DNA from: Methanothrix sp.
GTDB lineage: Archaea > Halobacteriota > Methanosarcinia > Methanotrichales > Methanotrichaceae
Assembly: GCA_037128175.1 (NCBI GenBank)
Contig: JBAXWY010000046.1
Location: 1 to 23,768, forward strand
Length of the DNA: 23,768 bases
Direction of reading: 5' to 3'
Under the pieces are notes generated by a model. It did no database searches. It was not told where the DNA came from and saw nothing but the letters and a program-made list of their open reading frames with translations. The position numbers and the translations under genes were made by a program. Positions 7,593 to 15,865 of the stretch are shown here, in pieces. The stretch's first letter is position 1. Each line of letters opens with the position of its first letter.

Positions 7593-7762
7593 GCATGAGC
7601 GTTCTTTTTTTTGGTATTTTCCATTCATTCAGGCAGCCAAAACCTTAAAATAGCCTCCAGAGAAACTGTACCCGGGTGCTAGGGTATCAGGAGAGCGAAG
7701 GCCTGGACTTTTAAAAATGGGCCCGATTCAGGGGCAAACCAGGCGAAAGGAGGTTGTGTGGA

Positions 7763-8491
7763 TTGAAGAGAGAATTGATTGTTTTAGCGTTTATTGTCAT
7801 GGCAATAGTTGGCATGGCAGGTGCTGCCAATTACATGTACGAGAAATCGTCTGTAAAAGGGGTGGGGTATAGAAGCCTGGAGATTGTCATCTCTACACAA
7901 AACGGCTTTAATGGGCAAAAGCTGGTGGAGAAACAGTCCGGCTCAGGAAATGTGATAACTTCCAGAATTGAGCTTGAAGCTGAACGGCAACCTCTGGGCC
8001 TGTCATGTGAATGGCCGACGGGGTCGGATCCCATGGACTACATCAACTTCACCTCGGAGCAGGAGCTGGAGTACATGCCCGTCTCATATCAGACCGGCAC
8101 TTATGACCAGAAATGGGTGGATAAGCTCTGCGTGCAGAACTACAAGATAGGCGCTGTGCTTACTGAGATGTACACTCATGCTGAGCATCTGCAAAAGACC
8201 ACCGAGATCAAGACCAGGGGATACAACAGCAATATAGGTGGCGAAACTACCGTACCCGCTTGCTGCACAGGCGTTCTCGAAGCTAACCTGAACAGCAACG
8301 TCATCGGTGTTGCCCACATCGGATGGATCTCCAGAGATCCCAACGCAGACCCGCAGCTTAAGGGTCGCCATGCTGAGTATGGTCGATCGGTTGAGGACCT
8401 CACGGGTGTCTTCTCCATTGAGAAGTTCATCCAGCTCTGGGGCAACTCCACCTGCGGTGCCGTCAGCGTTGATTGGCTACCCTGCGTGTAA
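7763..8491 (+). CDS. Secreted Cys-rich structural protein, divergent copy 6 (about 242 aa, short loops, 6 Cys)
   Basis: TTG at 7763 is suitably spaced from GGAGG (7749-7753); the alternative start is TTG at 7754. The C-terminal half is nearly identical to copies 1-5. Confidence 0.85.
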   Translation: MKRELIVLAFIVMAIVGMAGAANYMYEKSSVKGVGYRSLEIVISTQNGFNGQKLVEKQSGSGNVITSRIELEAERQPLGLSCEWPTGSDPMDYINFTSEQELEYMPVSYQTGTYDQKWVDKLCVQNYKIGAVLTEMYTHAEHLQKTTEIKTRGYNSNIGGETTVPACCTGVLEANLNSNVIGVAHIGWISRDPNADPQLKGRHAEYGRSVEDLTGVFSIEKFIQLWGNSTCGAVSVDWLPCV

Positions 8492-8505
8492 ATATTAAAT
8501 TGAAA

Positions 8506-8547
8506 AAATAGCGCCGCAGGAAAATTCGGCGCTTATTTCCTTTTTTA
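8506..8547 (+). terminator. Hairpin plus T run after copy 6
   Basis: AAATAGCGCCG...CGGCGCTTATTT followed by T6. Confidence 0.6.
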
Positions 8548-8668
8548 TAACGGAATATCAATCCAACTATCCTACTCATCATTCTACAGGACAAAACTGC
8601 CAGGGAGCTAGTATTTAAGGGAATAGGTGGATATAACAGAGAGACGAGTCAAAAATAGGTGAATTTAA

Positions 8669-8821
8669 ATGAGCAAGAAAAAAGGTGCTAAAGGAATGCC
8701 CAACGACGGGCCCGGCAAACACGATCCTGCGAAACCACAGAAGAATAAGTCAGACGCGCCACTCTTCAATAAAATGAAGGGCGGAATAACGAATGAGCGA
8801 CCTCGAAAGACTCGGATCTGA
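8669..8821 (+). CDS. Small basic hypothetical protein (50 aa), absent from the ORF track
   Basis: AGGTGA RBS at 8657-8662, ATG at 8669, TGA at 8819. Translation: MSKKKGAKGMPNDGPGKHDPAKPQKNKSDAPLFNKMKGGITNERPRKTRI. Confidence 0.6.
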   Translation: MSKKKGAKGMPNDGPGKHDPAKPQKNKSDAPLFNKMKGGITNERPRKTRI

Positions 8822-8895
8822 GTGCGGCTCGGGCAGAAGGCCCGGCCACGTGTTCGTGTGCAGGGGGCGGGAGGCCAGGTGGGGCCGTGTTTGGA

Positions 8896-10014
8896 TTAAT
8901 CCGGTTGCCCGTTATTGAGCAAGAGCAGGCTTATGGATATCCCGGAGAAGATGGTCTGGATTCCCAAGATGGAAAATATCATCGCCATCATGGCGTTAGA
9001 TGCTGCATCTAGCGTTCCGAAGCCTGTGGCCCCCCAGCTGAGCATGACTTTCAGGCCGAGAAGGCCGCCTATGGCAAGCAAAACCATGCCGATGATAAGC
9101 TCCTTTTCCAGGGAGTGGTAGCTGATCATCTTTTTTATTCTTCCTGGGCGAGAGAGGCCGTAGGATGCCCCGAAAGCCTCAAAATAAAGTCCCGCCAAGA
9201 GCATCTGGTAGCCTATGATTGCCAGCAGGCCGCCCAGGATCAGGGAATGCATCCTTGATCCACCCTGCAGATACACTCCCGCGGACAGGGTCAGCCCCAA
9301 AAAAAAGGCTAAAAGTCCGGGAACGAGAAGAAACGGCACAGGCCGGTAGAGCATCATGAAACGTACATGTCTCCAGCCATCTGTAAAGGAGTGAAGCTTG
9401 GAAAATCCTTTGCGTGGGTAGTAGGTGATCGGAACTTCTGCAACTCTCAGATCTTTGCAGACCGCCTCAATGAGCATCTCCGAGGCGAACTCCATCCCTC
9501 CCGACCGAAGATTCAGTTTTTTCAGGGCATCTTTGCTAATGGCCCGAAGGCCACAGTGGGCATCAGAAATGCGACTGGAAAATAGTGTGTTCAAAATCCA
9601 GGTGAGAACCGGATTTCCAATATAACGATGAAGTGCAGGCATAGCCCCCGGAAGAACCACTCCCTTGAGCCGCGACCCAATAACCATGTCATAATTGCCG
9701 CTTTGCAGGATGGCGATCATATCCGGAATGGCTTTGGGATCATAGGTCAGATCACCGTCCATGAGAACGATGTATTCCCCTTCCGCCTGCTCGAATCCGG
9801 CCAGGTAAGCATTTCCGTATCCCAGCTTTTGGGGCTTGATAACTTTTGCCCCGCATGATTCAGCAATTGCGGCCGTCTCGTCGCTCGAGCTGTCTGCCAC
9901 CAGAATCTCTCCCAAAAGGTCCATCTCTCGGAAGACCTGCTGGGCTATTTGGATGCATTCACGAATCGTCTCTGCCTCGTTTCTGGTAGGGATGATCAGG
10001 CTTATTGGGGGCAC
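8896..10014 (-). CDS. Glycosyltransferase family 2 (dolichol-phosphate glycosyltransferase-like) with C-terminal transmembrane helices
   Basis: ISLIIPTRNE, ADSSSDET, GYGNA, MDGDLTY (DxD), DMVIGSR, DAHCGLRA, EVPITYYPRKGFSKL, and about four hydrophobic C-terminal segments. Confidence 0.9.
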   Translation of the reverse strand: MPPISLIIPTRNEAETIRECIQIAQQVFREMDLLGEILVADSSSDETAAIAESCGAKVIKPQKLGYGNAYLAGFEQAEGEYIVLMDGDLTYDPKAIPDMIAILQSGNYDMVIGSRLKGVVLPGAMPALHRYIGNPVLTWILNTLFSSRISDAHCGLRAISKDALKKLNLRSGGMEFASEMLIEAVCKDLRVAEVPITYYPRKGFSKLHSFTDGWRHVRFMMLYRPVPFLLVPGLLAFFLGLTLSAGVYLQGGSRMHSLILGGLLAIIGYQMLLAGLYFEAFGASYGLSRPGRIKKMISYHSLEKELIIGMVLLAIGGLLGLKVMLSWGATGFGTLDAASNAMMAMIFSILGIQTIFSGISISLLLLNNGQPD

Positions 10015-10059
10015 ATCTCTTAGCGTTGTGGTTTTATCTGTTAAGCTTTTCCTTCAATT

Positions 10060-10296
10060 TTAAAGGGTCTCCGGTTCGACCTCGTGCTTGAAAGACAGCC
10101 TGACCTTGGCCCGGAACAGCACTATCTTGCCCTCGGCAAGCTTTGTGTCCATCTCCACCACTTCCGCCATCCTCATGTTTGTCAGCTTCCCTTCTGCGTG
10201 GTCTATGGCATTGCGAACTGCCTCTTCCCAGTCTTTGCTTGAGGTCCCCACCAGTTCGATGAAATTATAGACGCTGCTGCCAATTGCGCTGTCCAT
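10060..10296 (-). CDS. Dodecin family flavin-binding protein
   Basis: VYNFIELVGTSSKDWEEAVRNAI...EVVEMD...FRAKVRLSF is the dodecin pattern. The start is ATG 10296 or 10305, not 10554. Confidence 0.85.
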   Translation of the reverse strand: MDSAIGSSVYNFIELVGTSSKDWEEAVRNAIDHAEGKLTNMRMAEVVEMDTKLAEGKIVLFRAKVRLSFKHEVEPETL

Positions 10297-10408
10297 ATTG
10301 TCCATATGTTTAATAATGGTCGTTTCTCCTTGATATATTTTTTCAGGATCGACCATTTGGTTTAAACGGCATACAGTCATTGATCCGTCGCGAAAGAGGT
10401 AGCAACTG

Positions 10409-11380
10409 ATGAACCGTGACGAAGTCCAAAAGTACATAGAAGAGCGATATCCAGGCTTCACGGTAAAGAGCAAAAAGACAATCCTCTGCCGAAACTCCCG
10501 GATCTTTATTCTGGATCTCTGCAAGGGGCAAATCCTGGACAAAATCGTGGTCAAGATCTCTCGTAACTATCAACCTCGCGAAGTCGATCTCGAGTTTGCC
10601 AACTTATCACGTTTTTACTATGGCTGCAAAGATGAGGCCGTTTCCTCTCCACGGCCCCTATTTGTAGATGCAGAGAGTGGAATCCTGGCCATGAACTACG
10701 TAGAGGGCGTAAATCTTGCCCATATGCTGCATGAGATCAGGCCGGTAAGCCTGCAATACCTAAGCAGCGCCGCCGATCTTTCTGGAATTGCTCTGGCAAA
10801 ATTTCATACACTCTTTCGCCGGGGGGAGAATGAGCCCGTCACCATCGACACCAACGCGAAGGAGGATGACATCAACCGGTTCCTCTCCGAAAGCCAGGAG
10901 CTGATGGACCAGTGTAATCTCAAAACCATGGTTACGCCGTTCTTCGATTTCACATCCTGGAACATCATCATATCGAAAAAAAGCATGCGGCTTTATCTCA
11001 TCGACTTTCCCAGGCTTGATTATGTCTGTACTCCTCATCTGGATTTAGCCCGGTTCAGATTCGGTCTGGAACTGGTCAAGCAGTTTCCACCTGCCAAGTT
11101 CTTTGGACTAAATCGTTGGGATGTAGATTCTCTCTACGATCGGTTTTTGAACGGCTATTGTCGCGAGATGCATGTTGCTTTGAGCCGGGACGACCTCTGG
11201 CTCATTGCTCGCGCCAGGAAGGCCAACATAAGACGGTCCCAGGATCTGGCGCGCAAAGGCCGGTGCGGCTGGCAGCCCAAGCTGGAGCAGGCATATCTTC
11301 AGACATTCAGCCGAGAGTGGCTGGATCAAGGAGATGTCTTTTCTAGGTGGCCGGGAATGGGCCGTGCGGAAAAAGCCTGA
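10409..11380 (+). CDS. Protein-kinase-like fold phosphotransferase (APH/Kdo-kinase-like), substrate unknown
   Basis: IVVK lysine, EFANL helix C, PRPL, LAMNYVEG hinge, LAKFH, DFTSWN catalytic loop, LIDF metal-binding motif. Confidence 0.7.
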   Translation: MNRDEVQKYIEERYPGFTVKSKKTILCRNSRIFILDLCKGQILDKIVVKISRNYQPREVDLEFANLSRFYYGCKDEAVSSPRPLFVDAESGILAMNYVEGVNLAHMLHEIRPVSLQYLSSAADLSGIALAKFHTLFRRGENEPVTIDTNAKEDDINRFLSESQELMDQCNLKTMVTPFFDFTSWNIIISKKSMRLYLIDFPRLDYVCTPHLDLARFRFGLELVKQFPPAKFFGLNRWDVDSLYDRFLNGYCREMHVALSRDDLWLIARARKANIRRSQDLARKGRCGWQPKLEQAYLQTFSREWLDQGDVFSRWPGMGRAEKA

Positions 11381-11392
11381 AAAAAGGAGATT

Positions 11393-11995
11393 TTATTCGG
11401 TTTTCTCCTCTTTTGGCACATCAGGTTCTTCCTTTGGTCCCTCTGGCTCTTCCTTCTTTGCTTGCTTCTTGGGTCCTTTGCCCATAGCCACCAGGGACGC
11501 CTTGGCCTGAATTCTGGCCAGTGGGTAGTCGTCTTTAGCCACTTTTTCCAGGGCCACAATGGCACGGCTGTCCTTCAGCTCTCCTACGATCCAGGCGGCT
11601 CCTGCGCGCACATCTTTATCTGCATCGGAGAGTGCCTGGATTATGCGTTCTGAAACCTGTTTTCCATAGGCGGAGATGGCCACCATGGCATTGCTCTTGA
11701 CCAGATACTCGTCGTCCTTGAGGGCTTCGATGAGGGCCTCCAGAGACTCAGAGATCTCGCGCTTGGAGAGGAGAATAATGGCGTTGGAGCGCACCAGCAT
11801 GTGCTTGTCCTTGGTAGCTGCGATCAGCTTCTCTGTAGACCAGCTGGGATCAGGTAGCACCGCGGGCATGGAAGGCTCCTGTGCACCACAGGTAGGACAG
11901 GCTTCCTCAACCATAGAACGGGTTACTATGGGGGCGGCCTTGTCTTCGGTTATCTTCTCTTCTGTCGATATTTCGTCTTTATTTTCAACTTCCAT
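11393..11995 (-). CDS. HEAT (PBS-lyase-like) repeat protein
   Basis: Repeats of the form LIEALKDDEYLVKSNA, IIQALSDADKDVRAGAAWIVGE and LEKVAKDDYPLARIQA, plus a charged tail. Confidence 0.85.
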   Translation of the reverse strand: MEVENKDEISTEEKITEDKAAPIVTRSMVEEACPTCGAQEPSMPAVLPDPSWSTEKLIAATKDKHMLVRSNAIILLSKREISESLEALIEALKDDEYLVKSNAMVAISAYGKQVSERIIQALSDADKDVRAGAAWIVGELKDSRAIVALEKVAKDDYPLARIQAKASLVAMGKGPKKQAKKEEPEGPKEEPDVPKEEKTE

Positions 11996-12011
11996 ACGCT
12001 TCCTTTCGCTT

Positions 12012-12599
12012 CTATTCTACTTCAGCTTTTCCTAAGGCGAATGCTTTCTTATTCGCTTCCTGGAACCTTTGCGGCACCACAAGGGAAAGAGCCTGCAAAA
12101 TTAGCTCCTCGGTGAGTGGAATATACCCGGCAAGGGCGCCCAGCATTACCACATTCATAGCCTGCGCGTTGCCAGCAATCTCTGCCAGATTCGTGGCGTC
12201 CATGGCGATAACCTTGCAGCATCGTGCTTTCAGGGGGGCGAGGATCTCTTGCATCGGCGGATACCGGGCCTTGCCGCAGGTAACGGTAGAAGGCAGAACC
12301 GGTCTGGTATTGACCAGCACGACACCCGTGGGCGAGAGGAAGTGGGCGAAGCGCAGGGCTTCCGCTGGTTCTAATGCCACCAGCACATCCGCTCCGCCTG
12401 AGGCGATCATGGGAGAAAAGCGGCATCCAATGCGAGTGTGATTGATCACGCTGCCGCCCCTCTGGGCCATGCCGTGCGTCTCAGCTCCGCATACTGGCTT
12501 TCCTGCCATTACCGCCGCCCTGCCGATCACATCCGAGATCAGTATGACACCCTGGCCGCCCACACCTACTATCACCATATCGCATTCAGAAGTCCTCAT
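12012..12599 (-). CDS. iorB: Indolepyruvate:ferredoxin oxidoreductase subunit beta
   Basis: GVGGQG, ETHGMAQRGGSV, LEPAEALR, NVVMLGAL. The ATG at 12599 overlaps the iorA stop (ATGA). Confidence 0.93.
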   Translation of the reverse strand: MRTSECDMVIVGVGGQGVILISDVIGRAAVMAGKPVCGAETHGMAQRGGSVINHTRIGCRFSPMIASGGADVLVALEPAEALRFAHFLSPTGVVLVNTRPVLPSTVTCGKARYPPMQEILAPLKARCCKVIAMDATNLAEIAGNAQAMNVVMLGALAGYIPLTEELILQALSLVVPQRFQEANKKAFALGKAEVE

Positions 12600-14380
12600 C
12601 TTGCCACCTCCCGGATGGCAGAAGTTGAGCAGATCGCGGCGCATACCCCGCATCCGGTGCATTGTGCATTTATCCTGGCCTTATCATTCTCGAATTCGAT
12701 GGCCGGGCAGCTGAAGTCGAGGCAGATCTTGCATCCAATGCAGTCCTCCCCCACTTGGAAGGAGCGACGGCGTATGCCGCTGCGGCGAGCTTTGATGACA
12801 CAGGGCTGCCGGGCGATGATTACGGACAGGCCCGGATAATCTTTGGCCCTCTGAAAGCTCTCAAGTGTCTCATCCAGGTGGTAGGGATCGACCGTCTCCA
12901 CCAGTCCCGCGCCCAAAGCTTTGGCCAGAGCTTCGATTGATACCGAGGAAGTTACCTCTCCGCTGGCCGTCATGCCCGTGCCTGGATTGGGCTGATGTCC
13001 GGTCATGGCTGTCGTGGAGTTGTCGAGAATAGTCACGGTGATCCTGGCCTTGTTGTAGGCGGCATTGAGAAGGCCGGTCATGCCTCCATGCAGAAAGGTT
13101 GAGTCGCCAAGACTACAGCATATGCCTTCCTTCTCCCCGCCGAAGCGAATGCCGCTGGCCAGAGTGATGCTAGCTCCCATGCACAGGCACGTGTCCACAG
13201 TTCCCATGCCGATCGCCATGGTGTAGCAGCCGATATCGCTGGGGTAGATGGCATTCTTGCCGAAGACCTTTCGCATGGCGTAATAGGTGGCCCGGTGGCT
13301 GCAGCCTGCGCATAGCGAGGGGGGCCGGGGCGGCAGACAGCTCACATCCGCATTCTTCACCGCCACCCGCTCCGCCTTGCCAAGCATGCGGGCTATGGCA
13401 TTTCTCACCTGCAAATAGTCCAGCTCGCCCTCGCGGGGGATGGATCCCTCCTTCCCCAGGATCTCCACATGGGGATTGACCTTTAGGGCTAACATCTTCA
13501 CCTGCTCTTCTACCACCGGCTCCAGTTCTTCTATTACCATTACCCGGGAGACGTGCATAAGCATGCGGCTGATCAATTTTTTGGGAAGGGGATAGGCTCC
13601 GATGCATAGGAATGAGAGTTCTTCATCCAGATCGAAAATAGCTTCCTTCGCGTACAGTCCCGCGATTCCCGAGGCGATGATGCCTACATTGCCATGCAGA
13701 TCGAGCCTGTTCCAGGGCGCGCTTTCCAGCTCCTCCTCCATGGCGGCCTGTTTGGCCAAAAGCTCGCTATGAAGCGGCCGGGCGTTGCTAGGCAGGGCCA
13801 CTCGTCGCGCAGGATTCTTGATGAATTGGCCTGGTCCAGGAGCGGACTTTTCCTGGCCCATCTCTACGTCCTCTCTGGCGTGAGAGACGCGCGTAGTGGG
13901 CCTGAGCATGACCGGGATATTGAATTTCTCGGAGAGCTCAAAGGCAAAAACGGTCATCTCTTTTGCCTCTCCGGGATTCGCGGGGTCCAGGCAGGGTATG
14001 CCGGCAAACTGGGCATAACGGCGCGAGTCCTGTTCATTTTGCGAGGAATGGCAATAGGGATCATCGGCACAGATCACCACCAGTCCCGCGCCCACGCCCA
14101 GGTACGCCAGGGTCATGAAGGGATCTGCGGCCACATTCAAACCCACGTGCTTCATGGTGGCCGCGGCGCGACAGCCGGTCCAGGAGGCTCCTGCTGCCAC
14201 CTCCAGAGCAACTTTCTCGTTTACGGACCATTCCACATGCGGCGGCCTCTCACTTTTGAGTTCGACCAGCGTTTCTATGATCTCCGAGGAGGGTGTGCCG
14301 GGATATCCGGCGACAAGCCCCACTCCTGCTTCCAGGAGGCCTCTGGCAATTGCTGCGTTTCCGAGAAGATATTCTCTCAC
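12596..14380 (-). CDS. iorA: Indolepyruvate:ferredoxin oxidoreductase subunit alpha
   Basis: GYPGTPSSE, NEKVALE, MKHVGLNVAAD, RPPSLCAGCSHR, SDIGCY, the TPP motif GDSTF...LDNSTTAMTGHQ, and a C-terminal 2x[4Fe-4S] domain. Confidence 0.95.
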   Translation of the reverse strand: MREYLLGNAAIARGLLEAGVGLVAGYPGTPSSEIIETLVELKSERPPHVEWSVNEKVALEVAAGASWTGCRAAATMKHVGLNVAADPFMTLAYLGVGAGLVVICADDPYCHSSQNEQDSRRYAQFAGIPCLDPANPGEAKEMTVFAFELSEKFNIPVMLRPTTRVSHAREDVEMGQEKSAPGPGQFIKNPARRVALPSNARPLHSELLAKQAAMEEELESAPWNRLDLHGNVGIIASGIAGLYAKEAIFDLDEELSFLCIGAYPLPKKLISRMLMHVSRVMVIEELEPVVEEQVKMLALKVNPHVEILGKEGSIPREGELDYLQVRNAIARMLGKAERVAVKNADVSCLPPRPPSLCAGCSHRATYYAMRKVFGKNAIYPSDIGCYTMAIGMGTVDTCLCMGASITLASGIRFGGEKEGICCSLGDSTFLHGGMTGLLNAAYNKARITVTILDNSTTAMTGHQPNPGTGMTASGEVTSSVSIEALAKALGAGLVETVDPYHLDETLESFQRAKDYPGLSVIIARQPCVIKARRSGIRRRSFQVGEDCIGCKICLDFSCPAIEFENDKARINAQCTGCGVCAAICSTSAIREVAR

Positions 14381-14478
14381 AAATAACCATCCCTTTTATT
14401 GGTAGAATATGGCCTCTTCACTCTGATAACCGTTTGGATACAAATCTAATTAAGCCAACATCGCTCGTATCTACTGCA

Positions 14479-15519
14479 ATGATAAAGTGGCAAGAAGATT
14501 CCGTGGGATCGATTTACAATTACCTCTCGCCTGGCTGCCGCATCTGCCGCCAGGGGGCGGGCCTGGTGCTCTTCGTCACCGGCAATTGTCCGCGTAGCTG
14601 TTTCTACTGTCCGCTGTCCGAGGAGCGGAGGGGCCGCGATCTGGTCTTTGCCGATGAAATGCCGGTGCAGGAAATAGCTGACATTCTGCGGGAGGCTTCT
14701 GCCATCGATGCTCTGGGCACAGGAATCACGGGCGGTGAGCCGCTTTTGAAATTGGACTATGTCCTGGAGTGCATCCGGGCTTTGAAGAATGCGCGCGGGC
14801 AGCAGCACCACATTCACCTTTATACCGGCCTTCTTCCTGGTCGCGCCGTCTTAGAAAGGCTAAAGCAGGCCGGCCTGGACGAGATCCGCTTTCATCCACC
14901 CGTCTCCGAATGGTCTCATCCCGTCGGGCTCAAGGAGACCCTTCTGCAGGCTATAGACCTGGGCCTGATAGCAGGCGTAGAAATACCCTCCATTCGGCCC
15001 GCTCCCGCCATCATCGAGGCGGTAAGGGATGCGGGTGCTTTTTTGAACGTAAACGAGCTGGAGTTTTCTGAGACCAACTATGCCGGCCTCGCCGCTGCCG
15101 GCTATTTGCCGCAGGATCTGGGCTCGGGAGCAATAGGAAGCGAAGAGGTCGCCCGGGAGCATTTCCTGCAAGATGACATAAAAGCCCACTTTTGCCCTTC
15201 TCGCTTCAAGGATGCGGTGCAGCTCAAAGAGCGATTCCTCCGCCGGGCGAATCGAACGGCGCGGCCTTTTGATTATGTGAGCGAGGAGGGCACCATAATT
15301 CACGGCATAATTGAGGGCGATCTTCAGGCAGCTTTGCAGATTCTTGTTGATCTGGCGGTTCCCGAAGATATGTACTCCTGCCGGGAGGGAAGGATAGATA
15401 TCGCCGCCCCTATCCTGGAGGACATAACCAAAGAGCTAAAAAGCGTCTTATGTATTCTCAGTATAATTGAGAAGTATCCCTTTGAGGACGGACTGGTCGT
15501 AGAGAGAATACCTTTATAA
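14479..15519 (+). CDS. Archaeal radical SAM protein (COG2108-like)
   Basis: GCRICRQG, CPRSCFYC (CxxxCxxC), GITGGEP, HIHLYT, LDEIRFHP, NELEFSETN. The start is likely ATG 14479 because the longer ORF overlaps iorA. Confidence 0.88.
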   Translation: MIKWQEDSVGSIYNYLSPGCRICRQGAGLVLFVTGNCPRSCFYCPLSEERRGRDLVFADEMPVQEIADILREASAIDALGTGITGGEPLLKLDYVLECIRALKNARGQQHHIHLYTGLLPGRAVLERLKQAGLDEIRFHPPVSEWSHPVGLKETLLQAIDLGLIAGVEIPSIRPAPAIIEAVRDAGAFLNVNELEFSETNYAGLAAAGYLPQDLGSGAIGSEEVAREHFLQDDIKAHFCPSRFKDAVQLKERFLRRANRTARPFDYVSEEGTIIHGIIEGDLQAALQILVDLAVPEDMYSCREGRIDIAAPILEDITKELKSVLCILSIIEKYPFEDGLVVERIPL

Positions 15520-15557
15520 TCCTTAAATTCATTGCTTGAGGGCGGTGATTTTGCCGG

Positions 15558-15860
15558 ATGGAAAGCGCTGAAGAACGAATCCAGGAGAGGCTCAGAAATT
15601 ATCTTAAACGGGACGGAATAGGAATTCGAAAGGCTGTCTTAAAGCTGTTTTTGAGCGATGGAGCTTACACCACTGAGGACGTCTTTACCTACCTCGCGAA
15701 GGAGGGTTTTGACGTTAGCTATCGGGGAGTTTCGGCCATGGTGGGGCTCATGAACACTCGCCTGGGCATCCTGAGCATTGACGTTTCCGGGGACCATAAC
15801 GTCTATTCCCTCAAGGGAGATCACAAGGGTGTTGTGAGGTCTGTTCTGGAAAATTATTGA
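15558..15860 (+). CDS. DUF2551-like small winged-helix protein
   Basis: RD..GIRKAVLKLFL...YTTEDV...VSYRGVSAMVGLMNTRLGIL resembles this methanogen family (from memory). RBS GGTGA is present. Confidence 0.75.
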   Translation: MESAEERIQERLRNYLKRDGIGIRKAVLKLFLSDGAYTTEDVFTYLAKEGFDVSYRGVSAMVGLMNTRLGILSIDVSGDHNVYSLKGDHKGVVRSVLENY

Positions 15861-15865
15861 AAAGA

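Noticed and set aside
331-8451. Repeated antisense ORFs (e.g. 331-639, 1475-1783, 3807-4310, 4896-5324, 8084-8371)
   Set aside because: These are shadows of the codon-biased sense genes and recur only because the sense genes are duplicated.
10297-10554. Long N-terminal extension of the dodecin ORF
   Set aside because: It overlaps the divergent kinase-like gene, and dodecins are about 70-80 aa.
13694-14386. 230-aa + strand ORF and other alternative-frame ORFs within iorA, the radical SAM genes and the TPR gene
   Set aside because: They fully overlap well-supported genes and show no recognisable motifs.
14293-14478. N-terminal extension of the radical SAM ORF
   Set aside because: It overlaps the iorA start on the opposite strand. 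Family-like sequence begins near ATG 14479.
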